DNA of 30,774 bases from a virus (IMGVR_UViG_3300037313_002204:1-30774); one strand, 5' to 3'; counted from the first letter of the stretch, positions 16,639 to 26,340 are shown. Numbers and translations: made by a program. The notes: generated by a model not told the origin, from the letters alone.

Positions 16639-17760
16639 ATGGACTGGAATTGGACCAAGGCCGAATGGCCGCACTTCACTTATGACGCCGCCGCGCTCGA
16701 AGCGTTGGAGCGGCGTTTTCTCGTTGCGTCGGGCGAAGTGATCGGCGCTGTCCGTCACATCACAGATGATGAGCGTGACATGCTGCGCATCGAGCTATTG
16801 AGCGATGAAGCGGTGAAGACCTCGGAAATCGAAGGGGAAATGCTCGACCGCTTGAGCGTCCAGTCGTCCTTGCGCCGCCATCTCGGCCTTGATGCAGACA
16901 ACCGCCCGGTGAAGCCGCAAGAGCGCGGTATCGCGGAAATGATGGTGGATTTGTACGGCAGCTATGCGCAACCGCTCGACCATGCCACGTTGTTCCGGTG
17001 GCACACGATGCTGATGCAGGGCCATTCCCGTCTTCAAACAATCGGCGGCTATCGCACCCATGAAGATGCGATGCAGATCGTGTCCGGTCGCCTCGATGCG
17101 CCGACAGTGCATTATGAGGCTCCGCCATCCGCACAGGTGCCGGGGGAAATGGACGCCTATGTCCGGTGGTTCAACGACAGCGCGCCGGACGGCGGCAAGC
17201 CTTTGCCTGCGCTTGCCCGTGCGGGGATCGGCCATCTGTATTTTGAATCCGTCCATCCCTTCGAGGACGGCAACGGTCGCCTTGGCCGTGCCCTGGCCGA
17301 AAAATCTCTTGCGCAAAATATCGGGCAACCGAGCCTGATCGCACTTGCCTTTACCATCGAAGGCAACCGGAAAGCCTATTACGAACAACTAGAACGGCAT
17401 CAAAAGACGCTCGATATCACGGATTGGCTGACCTACTTCGCGGAAACGATCCTCAAAGCGCAGCAAACCACGCTCAAGCGTGTAGCCTTCTATATCGGCA
17501 AGGCGCGGTTTTATGACCGCTTCCGTGATGCCTTCAACGAACGGCAGGACAAAGCCGTCGCCCGTATGTTCCGCGAAGGGCCGTCCGGCTTCAAGGGCGG
17601 TTTGAGCGCCGAGAACTATATTGCAATCACGCGGACCTCACGGGCAACCGCCACCCGTGATTTGCATGACCTTGTTGAGAAAGGCGCGTTGCTACGGACG
17701 GGCGAACGTCGTCATACACGGTATGCTCTGAATCTGTCCGAGTTGCAGGAAACAAAATAG
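16639..17760 (+). CDS. Fic family protein (DUF4172-like N-terminus, C-terminal wHTH)
   Basis: Fic motif HPFEDGNGRLGR, inhibitory TSEIEG, WNW...WPHFTYD N-terminus and SRATATRDLHDLVEKG HTH. Confidence 0.93.
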   Translation: MDWNWTKAEWPHFTYDAAALEALERRFLVASGEVIGAVRHITDDERDMLRIELLSDEAVKTSEIEGEMLDRLSVQSSLRRHLGLDADNRPVKPQERGIAEMMVDLYGSYAQPLDHATLFRWHTMLMQGHSRLQTIGGYRTHEDAMQIVSGRLDAPTVHYEAPPSAQVPGEMDAYVRWFNDSAPDGGKPLPALARAGIGHLYFESVHPFEDGNGRLGRALAEKSLAQNIGQPSLIALAFTIEGNRKAYYEQLERHQKTLDITDWLTYFAETILKAQQTTLKRVAFYIGKARFYDRFRDAFNERQDKAVARMFREGPSGFKGGLSAENYIAITRTSRATATRDLHDLVEKGALLRTGERRHTRYALNLSELQETK

Positions 17761-17920
17761 CCTCCCACCGAGACGGGCGGCTATCGGCACTTCCGCATAC
17801 AGCGGAAAAGCTGAGGAGGCTGGAGCAGATCAGACAGAAAGCGATAACTCGCAATCGCCACGGGAACACGCTGAGAAAGAATGGAAAGATATTCAGTGCG
17901 ATCAAGGCTGATAAGGACGC

Positions 17921-18262
17921 TCATCGAAACGCAAAGAACACATAGATTCCGAGTATCATTGATGCAGGCAGGCCGATCCTTGCGATTAAATTCAACGCCA
18001 GATGCGTCATATATCCCGTGAAACCCGCAACCTCTATTACCCCTGCTTCATTCGTCTTTCTGACATTGAGGTAGTAGTGCAAAGGGAATGCCGCAAGTAT
18101 CGGCCAAAAGAATAGTATAAGACCGAGAACTTGCCACGGTTCATTTGTGGCTAAGTTCGCAAAGGCAGCCATACCAGACATTATAGGAGGGAAGACAAAT
18201 CCGATGGCGAGAAAGCTGACGAAGATCAGGGCGACTATGCGCCATAATTTGTATTTTTTCAT
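17921..18262 (-). CDS. Hypothetical membrane protein
   Basis: 113 aa with about three hydrophobic segments, AT-rich, RBS AGGA. Confidence 0.65.
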   Translation of the reverse strand: MKKYKLWRIVALIFVSFLAIGFVFPPIMSGMAAFANLATNEPWQVLGLILFFWPILAAFPLHYYLNVRKTNEAGVIEVAGFTGYMTHLALNLIARIGLPASMILGIYVFFAFR

Positions 18263-18505
18263 TTCTATCCTATTTGTTGTTATTATTCTGTAGTAATCTA
18301 TATTATACTTTAATTGCCTGAATAAAAATTACTTTTTACAAAGGGTCTGTGCGAGTTTTACGCCGCTCAACCGGATATCGGAAATGATGGTGCTATTTGT
18401 GAAAGGAATGAGAGCGGCCGCATCTCCAAGCATCGGATAGATTTCCCCTGACAGTAGGTTTTGCGTTTTGTCGATCCACTTCGTCATGAATGATGCTCCG
18501 TACCG

Positions 18506-19258
18506 CTATTGCGGCTCACAAAGGGGAAGCCGATAGCGATAGGTTTCCGCGGTATTGTCGATGAGTTGCAAAGAGCCATCCTCCGCGCCGATGGTGACAA
18601 ACTGATTGGCAGTCCACGCATCAAATCCCGCGCCAGTGATAGCGGTGAAGATTTCAGCCTCGGCCGCTTCGCAACCCTGTTTCGCGGCCATCGCCAGAAC
18701 CGCGTCATAGGGTTCGTTGATTGTCTGTGCTGATGCCTGACCTGCTGGCGGCATTTGTCCTACCGCCTGACACATGGACAGGACACGGGCAATCTCGCGA
18801 GAGGAACCGCGCAGGCTAAGGTTTGCCTTTGTTTCCCTCCCGACCTGCACGGAAACACGCGATCCTGCTTGCAGGGTGTTCACCAGTGCCGCATGGTTGG
18901 CGGCATCATATGCCCCGGCAAAATCCCACTGGTTTTGCCATTGCCGTTCCGTCATCGGGATTTGGAAATGGTGCTTGCCGTCGATGATGATCGTGGTGGC
19001 GACGTTCCCACGATCCGAACCACCGCCGATCTGGATCGTGAACCATTCAGGGGAATTGTCCGTCGCCGTGCAGCGAAGGCCGAAGCAGAAAGTGTTCCCC
19101 TCATCGTCACGACCGTTGCAGACTGCCGCCCCCTTGCCGAACGCAGGTTGAAGCGGTTCCCACGATTGAGCCAAGGCAGTCGATGCGCCGGACAGAATAG
19201 GCAGCATTGCAATGGCCGTCACGATCCGGCGCATTCGTCTTTTACCGATCTGGTTCAA
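18506..19258 (-). CDS. Secreted hypothetical protein (possible IalB-like fold)
   Basis: Signal peptide ending ALA|Q, paired cysteines and the LQAGSRVSV...LSLRGSS motif. The start may be the second Met. Confidence 0.65.
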   Translation of the reverse strand: MNQIGKRRMRRIVTAIAMLPILSGASTALAQSWEPLQPAFGKGAAVCNGRDDEGNTFCFGLRCTATDNSPEWFTIQIGGGSDRGNVATTIIIDGKHHFQIPMTERQWQNQWDFAGAYDAANHAALVNTLQAGSRVSVQVGRETKANLSLRGSSREIARVLSMCQAVGQMPPAGQASAQTINEPYDAVLAMAAKQGCEAAEAEIFTAITGAGFDAWTANQFVTIGAEDGSLQLIDNTAETYRYRLPLCEPQ

Positions 19259-19262
19259 CGCC

Positions 19263-19655
19263 TTAACTCCGTAAAAAACGAGCCAGTTCAGGAGCGAGCC
19301 ACCAAAGCGTCACCAGACCGGAGAGAACGGGGAAAAGGCTGTAGAGCACCTTGGCTGTGCGGGTGTTAGATGTTGATGTCCGTTGGCAATGGTAGTGCCA
19401 GAACCACCAAGCGAACGTCACTACCAGTTGTGAATACATACTGACTTTAGTGCGCCACAGTTCATCACCGCGCATATACGTATCCAGCGTGTGTCCAAGG
19501 AAGTGGGCAAGCGCGACAAAGAGCCAGCCTAATTGCGCAAAAACAATAAAGAATATTAGGATGGCGAGAGGGAAACGCGTGAGCCCAATCGTAAATGAAA
19601 TCAGCGACGCGCCGATTGATGGCGATGTGTTTTCTTTGGTCATATCCGGCTTCAC
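19263..19655 (-). CDS. Hypothetical membrane protein
   Basis: About three hydrophobic segments. Ends 4 bp before the next co-oriented ORF. Confidence 0.55.
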   Translation of the reverse strand: MKPDMTKENTSPSIGASLISFTIGLTRFPLAILIFFIVFAQLGWLFVALAHFLGHTLDTYMRGDELWRTKVSMYSQLVVTFAWWFWHYHCQRTSTSNTRTAKVLYSLFPVLSGLVTLWWLAPELARFLRS

Positions 19656-20025
19656 CCAAGAATTTCTGCGGCTTTGATTAGTTACAAACCCTTGGATTTA
19701 TTACACATTTTCATATATAAGATTTTTGGCGGTCACAGCCTCCGCAAACCTTTGGATTGCCAAGGTTCTCCGATCTTGTCGGATCGGCAAAACACGCGGC
19801 ACAAAAAGCAACCTTTTTGAACCATTCGGCGAAAATTTTATGAAAGGTCGGTGCCCCCGCCCTTATCCTGTCCTGCTGGATCGGAATGCGAATCACATAG
19901 CCCGCTTCGCGGGAATGGTCAGCGCAAAATCGGGGAAGAAAGCGAAGGAACGGAAAAACTGTAGTAATAGCCGTGCAGGATCAACGACATGGCGTTATGG
20001 TGCCTGCGGGTGTGGTGTTGGGGGC

Positions 20026-20796
20026 GTGATATTGGCGACTAGGAATTGGACGGCCTATCAGCAATGGCATGAACTGCTGGATGCGCTGTGCGCGGAGCAA
20101 GGCCATCTCGACAATATGGCTCTGGCCGATGCGCTGTGCGCGGCAAGCGGTAATCGGACACAGGCAGCATTTGATACGGCGGTGAAGAACCTGCGGAACT
20201 GGCGGCAGGGTGTCCATATCCCGCAACGACGGAATTTCCTGTTGCTCGGGAAAATCCTCAAGATTGACGAGCATGACGGCCTGCGGGAGCATTGGAACCG
20301 TCTGTACGGACAGGCTAAGGTGAAGCCTGCCGACGATGACGATGCGGAAACGGTCGAACCCATTGATCCCGTGAAGCCGTCGCGGAAATCCCGGTTGCCG
20401 CTTGCTGTCGGCGGCGGTGTGTTGGTCGCGGTCATGGGAGCCGCTGCGCTCGTAATGTCCTATGGGCGACAAGATGAACCTGCCGATCCAGTCGCCAGCT
20501 ATGAGGGGATCGTGGCCGAGTATGTGCGGAATGTATCGGTGAAGGTCGGGGAGTCGGCCATTATCCACGGTGCGCGCGGCAATGAATGCGGGGATGCCCC
20601 TTCATGGGAGAGTGCGAAACTCCTGCTGCCGGAACTCATGACCGGAATATTGACGGATGGCGGTGTCGGTACGCGGGTTAGTCGGCAATGCGGTGGGCGC
20701 ATCCCGGCGCGAGCCATCCTGTTCACTGCCACGCAGGTCGGTGTTGAACAAATCAGCCTGTACGGGGACGACATTGTGATCCGCGTGAGCAAATAG
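20026..20796 (+). CDS. Putative membrane-anchored regulator (HTH-like N-terminus, one TM helix, periplasmic beta domain)
   Basis: NMALADALC...VKNLRNWRQGVHIP resembles an XRE-type HTH, followed by TM LAVGGGVLVAVMGAAALVM. The start is uncertain (GTG 20026 chosen; ORF open from 19726). Confidence 0.6.
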   Translation: MILATRNWTAYQQWHELLDALCAEQGHLDNMALADALCAASGNRTQAAFDTAVKNLRNWRQGVHIPQRRNFLLLGKILKIDEHDGLREHWNRLYGQAKVKPADDDDAETVEPIDPVKPSRKSRLPLAVGGGVLVAVMGAAALVMSYGRQDEPADPVASYEGIVAEYVRNVSVKVGESAIIHGARGNECGDAPSWESAKLLLPELMTGILTDGGVGTRVSRQCGGRIPARAILFTATQVGVEQISLYGDDIVIRVSK

Positions 20797-20889
20797 ACGC
20801 TTGATGTGGCGGCGGCGCGGTCTGTGGGTAAAGGGTTCTATAGGACTAATTATGAACCTTCCGCACCGCCGCCACATCAAACTTCCATT

Positions 20890-22404
20890 CTAGTCCCGGA
20901 CACAGCGCACGTAATACGCATTCGTTTTCTCTCGCATCGTATTGCCGGTTCCGGTCGCCACAAAGGCGTCTGCGTTTGCCGCGCTTCGCTCCGTTGATGA
21001 CCAGTAATAATCTACGTTTGTGCTTTTCATCCCGCCGATCGCGCGTCGGGACGGATATAAATAACGGTCCATAAGCCTGTCTGCGGGCAGATACCATGCG
21101 GCCCCACGCGCACGACAAGCCGCTGCGGCCGGATGTGAGGCCGCGCCAGCGGTAATCATCGCGTTGGTATTTTTGAGGCCCAACCAAGGGTCCCCAGTGC
21201 CGGATGTCGCGGTTAACGTTGTCTTCCATCGAAGCTTTACCGTTTCGTCCGCCGGGGCCACATAGATATCGCCGGTGAAATAGTAGTACCCCATATAATA
21301 GGCCCCGTCGGGGGCGACGCATCCGGGTACTTTGAGAGAGGAACAGGCTACCCCCGGTGCATGAATGGTGATGCTAAACTGCCGATCCGCATAATTCCCG
21401 GAAGCATCCGTGGCACGTATGACAAATTCGTATATTCCGGCCGTGTCCGGCGCGTTGAAATTTGTGAAAGAACCTGTCGGCGTCAAGCTTCCGGTACCCG
21501 CGTTTATTTTGAGAAATGACGGCATTGGCCCTTGGGCGGAATAGATCAGGCCGCTTGTTTCATCCGTTGCGGCGACATGCACAATGCCATCTTCGTCCGA
21601 TACAGCCGGATAAGGCGCAAGACCGCCCGGGGGAAGCGTGGGAGCAGTATGCCAAACAGGAGGAGTCGTATCTTCGGGGTAGTCGATCCGAATACACATT
21701 ACTTCCGATGGATATTCTTTTTCAGTCAGATATTCGGAACCATCCATAAAATACAGAGCTTTCGCGCGGGAAGCGTCATGCTCCGTAGAGGAAAGATAAC
21801 GCGCATAAGGCATTATATAATTAGCGGCTGATAGATGCTCCAGATTGTTATATATGGTCCGAAGCTCGTCTATCGCAGGCAGATACCATTGCGGGCCTAA
21901 CGACCGGCATAAGCCTGCTGCAAGATGCTGCGGGCCTTTGGGATGGGTGAACATTGCGTTTGTGTTAGCCAAGCCATCTGTGGTGCTGGACGTCCCCGGC
22001 GTACTCTCAATCGCATCCTGCCTTGAAAATTTTCGCCAATATTCCATTCCAAACCAGAACCCATCAGGCATATAGAGATAGTTTCTCCTGCCGCCTGTCG
22101 ATCCGGCATATATTGAGCCATCGGCACACACGGTTCCGACCGGGCCGGTTCGGCAAGGGTCTGCGCAATCCTGCAAGGTGATGCCGGCCATTGAAGCATT
22201 ATAGAAGGATGCCCATTCCGTTGACGATTTCGTGGGGACCATGATCGGAAGACCGGCGGCGTGGTTATTCGTCACCTTGCGGCAGACGCCATGCTCGGTG
22301 ATGTTCTGCGCGGTGCCATGAGCGATCGCATAGGTATCGGCGGCCTTCACCGGAGGCAGGCCGACCAGCAATATTACGATGATGCCGATGGTTCGGCCAA
22401 TCAA
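20890..22404 (-). CDS. Secreted adhesin-like protein with two DUF1566/C-type-lectin-like modules and an Ig/cadherin-like domain
   Basis: Signal peptide, duplicated GL.NTNAM...AA..CR..G..WYLPA...Y.SSTE...C(I/V)R module, central DTTPPVW...FVIRATDASGN, strong AGGAGG RBS, and overlap with the upstream stop. Confidence 0.75.
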   Translation of the reverse strand: MIGRTIGIIVILLVGLPPVKAADTYAIAHGTAQNITEHGVCRKVTNNHAAGLPIMVPTKSSTEWASFYNASMAGITLQDCADPCRTGPVGTVCADGSIYAGSTGGRRNYLYMPDGFWFGMEYWRKFSRQDAIESTPGTSSTTDGLANTNAMFTHPKGPQHLAAGLCRSLGPQWYLPAIDELRTIYNNLEHLSAANYIMPYARYLSSTEHDASRAKALYFMDGSEYLTEKEYPSEVMCIRIDYPEDTTPPVWHTAPTLPPGGLAPYPAVSDEDGIVHVAATDETSGLIYSAQGPMPSFLKINAGTGSLTPTGSFTNFNAPDTAGIYEFVIRATDASGNYADRQFSITIHAPGVACSSLKVPGCVAPDGAYYMGYYYFTGDIYVAPADETVKLRWKTTLTATSGTGDPWLGLKNTNAMITAGAASHPAAAACRARGAAWYLPADRLMDRYLYPSRRAIGGMKSTNVDYYWSSTERSAANADAFVATGTGNTMREKTNAYYVRCVRD

Positions 22405-24176
22405 CGTTCCTCCTTGGTCATGGCACGGATTTGCCCGTGCAGATTGTCGTTGTCGGCTTCCAAATGGCGGACCCGTGTTTCAAGCTCCTTTACCGCCTCG
22501 ATCAGCGGTGCGATTAGCTGATCGTACTCCACGGATTTCATACCATCGGGGCCAGTTGTCACCGCCTGCGGCATGACAGCTTCTACGTCCTGAGCGATCA
22601 CACCGGCGGAAGCCTTACCGTCTGCCTTCCAGTCAAAGGACACACCGAGCAGACCCGATATGATTTCAAAGCCCTTCACGGGACGGATATTGGTTTTCAG
22701 TCGCTCGTCTGACGGGTGAAGGTACTGGTTCGCCAGAACATTGCCGCTGACGTGCAATTTCTGCGTCGGACCTGACGTTCCCGTTCCAACACCAATGTTC
22801 CCTTCCGGAGAAATTGCGAATGCAATGTTCCAAGCGGAACCGTTCCAGTGACTAATGCCGACATAATTCTGTAGGACCGTGTAATTGGCCGCGTAGATTC
22901 CTAATCGCCATGCCTTGTTTCCGCCGGAAGGATTGCCTGATCCGACCTGTTCGTCACTCCTGTTGCGCTGCGTATAGAGATCGACCCCGACTGAGTTCTC
23001 GTTATTTTCATTGTTGGAACTGAGGGAAAGATTGACGAAACCCTCACCCCGAATATCCACGTTGGACAAGGGGCTGGACGTTCCAATCCCGATATCACCA
23101 CCTTCCAGCACAGCCAAAGCCACGGAATTATCGCTGCTGTGCGCGACGAAGGATGCTGCGCCTTCTTTCTCGGCGGACCGCACGCGTAGGGCTGTCCCGC
23201 CATCCATGACATCATCTGCAATGATTGTCACCGTAGGTCGGGTTAAGTCTATATTTCCCTCCCCGACCTGCAACAAGGAGCCCGGGGCGGCCGTCCCGAT
23301 ACCGACCTTCCCATTGTCGGCAACGAAAACGCCTTCGCTTTCACCATCGCCTGACAGCCATCGACCGTCGAGGGCGATGTTACTGTCCATGGTGACGGGG
23401 GTGGTGCCGCCTGATTTCGAGGCGAGGAAGTCGGTTTTGACATAAGGGAACTCACCCGTTCCCGTCTCGGTGTCGAAGGCAAAGCCCGTGCCTGCCGCAA
23501 CGTCGCCAACCTCAAGCTTTTTGTCGATCACGGCGGTTTCCGGCTCGTTAAGCTTCAATTCCCATAGGCCGCCCGAACCTGCGACCGCGCCGGCATAGGT
23601 ATAGATCTGCACCAGGTCGTCGCCTATGCCGTTCGGATTGATCGCATCGTCGGGGGTGTCGGGGTCGCCGTCATAGGCGGAACATGGGGTTTCAAAGCGT
23701 TTGTTGGGTCCGGCCGATATGATCGCCAGAACCGCGCCCGATGTGCTGTCTTCGCCGTCGATGCGGTTGGTCGATCCCGTGACATCGCCGTGGTCCCATA
23801 CGCAATAGGCGTATTGCGTACCCCACGGATCGGTCAGGACGGCACCTATATCGGCAGGCAAGCATCCGCCCTGTCCGCCTGTCGGCAGGGCGATGGCGCA
23901 TGAAGTATCAGATGTCGGGATAAAGGGGGCGGGTTCAACGTATCCGTCGCCGTCTTCGTCGCCCATATTCGGTCGCGTCGAGGCGTTCATCACGACGACT
24001 TTGGCATTCATCAGAAGGTCGTTTTGCGCCATATTGTGTTGCGTGACCTTACTGGCCGTCGTTGTGGGGCCGACCACCAGATTCATCGTAGCCGCGCCGA
24101 CGACGCCAACCATCGCTACGGTTGCCATCATCATGGTGAAGACGCTTCCCCTTTGCCCTCGTCGCATGCGGATCAT
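22401..24176 (-). CDS. Pilin-like N-terminus / fibre repeats / Peptidase S74 chaperone chimeric protein
   Basis: RRGQRG|SVFTMMMATVAMVGVVG, DPWGTQYAY...ISAGPN, three G.(V/I)G(I/V)GT repeats, SDERLKTNI, GVIAQDVE and a terminal coiled coil. ATG at 24176 is preferred. Confidence 0.8.
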   Translation of the reverse strand: MIRMRRGQRGSVFTMMMATVAMVGVVGAATMNLVVGPTTTASKVTQHNMAQNDLLMNAKVVVMNASTRPNMGDEDGDGYVEPAPFIPTSDTSCAIALPTGGQGGCLPADIGAVLTDPWGTQYAYCVWDHGDVTGSTNRIDGEDSTSGAVLAIISAGPNKRFETPCSAYDGDPDTPDDAINPNGIGDDLVQIYTYAGAVAGSGGLWELKLNEPETAVIDKKLEVGDVAAGTGFAFDTETGTGEFPYVKTDFLASKSGGTTPVTMDSNIALDGRWLSGDGESEGVFVADNGKVGIGTAAPGSLLQVGEGNIDLTRPTVTIIADDVMDGGTALRVRSAEKEGAASFVAHSSDNSVALAVLEGGDIGIGTSSPLSNVDIRGEGFVNLSLSSNNENNENSVGVDLYTQRNRSDEQVGSGNPSGGNKAWRLGIYAANYTVLQNYVGISHWNGSAWNIAFAISPEGNIGVGTGTSGPTQKLHVSGNVLANQYLHPSDERLKTNIRPVKGFEIISGLLGVSFDWKADGKASAGVIAQDVEAVMPQAVTTGPDGMKSVEYDQLIAPLIEAVKELETRVRHLEADNDNLHGQIRAMTKEER

Positions 24177-24416
24177 CGGGACAGCTTTCCGATGTTGCGG
24201 AGATTGGCAAGGTGCCGTTGAACGGCCAAGAGACCCGTGACGCCAAACAAGCAACCCCATAGGGCAGCGACAGCGACCAAGACCCAAATAGCAGCCGCTT
24301 CGTTTCCGACAACCAAATTCTTAAAGTATTCTTCTGCGTGTTCCATAACTCAAAAAGGGTGATTTATTTATACAATATCATAAGTTGCAATATCATACAA
24401 ATATTGAAATATATAT

Positions 24417-24550
24417 TCAAACGTTGTTGGGTAATATTTGTGTTTATTCTGCATTTTCGGGTTTACGGGAATCGTTCGTAATCCACCCATTTTGAACGTT
24501 TGAGCTTGGTAGTGGTGGAAATACGCCCTATGGGAATCGTTCAAAAAGGT
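24417..24550. promoter_or_regulatory. res-like site upstream of the resolvase
   Basis: GGGAATCGTTC direct repeat at 24467 and 24532, CGTTC...GAACG dyad at 24473-24498, and TCAAACGTT/AACGTTTGA inverted pair at 24417/24495. Confidence 0.5.
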
Positions 24551-24565
24551 GTTATAAAAGCCACC

Positions 24566-25141
24566 ATGAAAATAGGTTATGCGCGTGTTTCAACCGATGA
24601 GCAGCATCTTGACCTGCAACGCCAGGCGCTGGAGGCAGAAGGCTGCGCCAAGATATACGAGGATCGGGGCGTTTCCGGTGCGTCAACAGAGCGAAACGGC
24701 TTACTGAAAGCCCTGCGCGCCGTGAAGGCCGGCGACATTCTGGTTGTGTGGAAACTGGATCGGTTGGGGCGATCCTTGTCACATCTGCTTGAAATGATTT
24801 CCGGACTGCGCCGAAAGGAGGTCGGCTTCCAATCCTTACAAGAGCAGATCGACACGACAAGCGCGGGCGGGCGGTTCTATATGCACATCCTCGCGGCTTT
24901 GGCCGAATTCGAGCGTGAAATGATCCGCGATCGCACCACGGCCGGGATGCAAGCGGCCAAGCGGCGCGGCGTCAAGCTCGGGCGGCCCGTCAAGCTCGAT
25001 GCCGAAAAGCTGACGGACGCCCGTAAGATGCTCAAGGCCGGAATTTCACGCAAGGCAGTGGCGGAAACATTGCAGGTCAGCCCCCTGACGTTGCGGCGCG
25101 CGCTTGCCGTCGAAAAAGACGTGAAACTCTCCCGGAAATGA
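24566..25141 (+). CDS. Serine resolvase/invertase (Pin/Hin family)
   Basis: MKIGYARVSTDEQ, VWKLDRLGRS, AEFEREMIRDRT, GRP and a C-terminal HTH. Confidence 0.95.
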   Translation: MKIGYARVSTDEQHLDLQRQALEAEGCAKIYEDRGVSGASTERNGLLKALRAVKAGDILVVWKLDRLGRSLSHLLEMISGLRRKEVGFQSLQEQIDTTSAGGRFYMHILAALAEFEREMIRDRTTAGMQAAKRRGVKLGRPVKLDAEKLTDARKMLKAGISRKAVAETLQVSPLTLRRALAVEKDVKLSRK

Positions 25142-25620
25142 CCCGGATCATAAGGACGCTAGGGATGCTCGACAGGACTTCACTATCCGCGACGGAACGG
25201 CTGCGCGCCTATATCGACCGTCGCATTGACGAAAATAGAGCACGAGACGAATACGGTGATGCGTTTATCGGCATCAACGATGATCAGGTGACGGAAGCCG
25301 AGGCCGAGGTTTTCATGCTGTACCCGTCCAAGGTCCAACGGATCGGGCCTGTATGGGAAGCCTATTGCAATGCCATTGGCGCGGACTTCGAGCTACGCGG
25401 CGAAGTCGATGACGGGCTGTTTGCCGAGTTGCGGCAGGAACACCCGTTTCTGGATGAGGCGATGCACGGCGGCGATACGGGACATGACATGCCCTATAAA
25501 AGCATGGCGAGTTTTATTCGCTTTGGCGATCTGTTCGGCGTTGACCATCCGACATGCGTGACGTGGTACTGGAAAGTCTTCTTTATGATGGAACGGCGCG
25601 AGGCTTCCGGAACCCTGTAG
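25138..25620 (+). CDS. Hypothetical protein
   Basis: 160-aa ORF coupled to the resolvase (ATGA overlap), with a protein-like composition. Confidence 0.6.
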   Translation: MTRIIRTLGMLDRTSLSATERLRAYIDRRIDENRARDEYGDAFIGINDDQVTEAEAEVFMLYPSKVQRIGPVWEAYCNAIGADFELRGEVDDGLFAELRQEHPFLDEAMHGGDTGHDMPYKSMASFIRFGDLFGVDHPTCVTWYWKVFFMMERREASGTL

Positions 25621-25702
25621 GTTCCGGACGTTCGCATGAGGTCGCTACGGCGCTATATGGGGAGCGCGCTTCCCTCATGCGAAAACGGGACCGCCCGAAG
25701 CC

Positions 25703-25966
25703 TCAATGCTCGGTTTTCGGGGGCGTCCACGGCACGGTGCGCTTGGGCGGCAGGTAACCTCTGGCGCGCAGGTCTTTCACGTCGAGAGTGCCTGTCTCAT
25801 CTTCGTTAATAACGAAGTCGTGGTATTCGAGGATTTTCTTGAGGATGCGGTATTTCGTCTGCCACCAATCCCGTTCGGCGGCAATGTTCGCAATCGCCAT
25901 CTTGGCAATGGCAACGGTGCGTTCTTCGTCGGTGGGGCTGGTCGGTTCATCGTTGTTTTCAGACAT
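25703..25966 (-). CDS. Hypothetical protein (87 aa)
   Basis: Plausible helical protein filling the gap between neighbouring genes. Confidence 0.5.
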   Translation of the reverse strand: MSENNDEPTSPTDEERTVAIAKMAIANIAAERDWWQTKYRILKKILEYHDFVINEDETGTLDVKDLRARGYLPPKRTVPWTPPKTEH

Positions 25967-26016
25967 GCCGGCATTGAATCAGAGCGGCGGAATCCGCACA
26001 ACCCTGTAAGGTGCAA

Positions 26017-26340
26017 ATGACCGATCTTCGGCCAGATCTGGTGTTTGTGGTGTCCGGCGACGTATGGCGGGATTTCAAGCGGCTGCGCGAAGAAACGGGC
26101 GATGCACTTTGTAACGGCTTTGACGCTGAATGCGTCCGTAACATTCGGACGGCGATCAAGGCGGGTGATCCGGCTCAAGCCCGGCACTGGAAAATGATCA
26201 AATCCTTTGGCGAGGCATACGGCCTGTCATGGGTGAGTGCCGTTGAGGTTGACGGGGAGTTGATCCGTGAACATCCGAAGTCGCCGGCTTTACGCTATCC
26301 CGACGATGCGGAATTAACGCGCGTGGTGATCGCGGCGTGA
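26017..26340 (+). CDS. Hypothetical protein
   Basis: ATG at 26017 with an AAGG RBS. Convergent on ardA. Confidence 0.55.
   Translation: MTDLRPDLVFVVSGDVWRDFKRLREETGDALCNGFDAECVRNIRTAIKAGDPAQARHWKMIKSFGEAYGLSWVSAVEVDGELIREHPKSPALRYPDDAELTRVVIAA

Noticed and set aside
20890-21010. Complete diversity-generating retroelement
   Set aside because: No reverse transcriptase or template repeat is visible in the window.
22401-24176. Fibre gene as the missing tail of the satellite
   Set aside because: It lies outside the satellite att ends and has an export/pilin-type leader, which does not fit cytoplasmic virion assembly.
20890-25141. Shufflon or invertible tail-fibre cassette driven by the resolvase
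   Set aside because: No paired inverted crossover sites or alternative silent C-terminal cassettes were found by eye.
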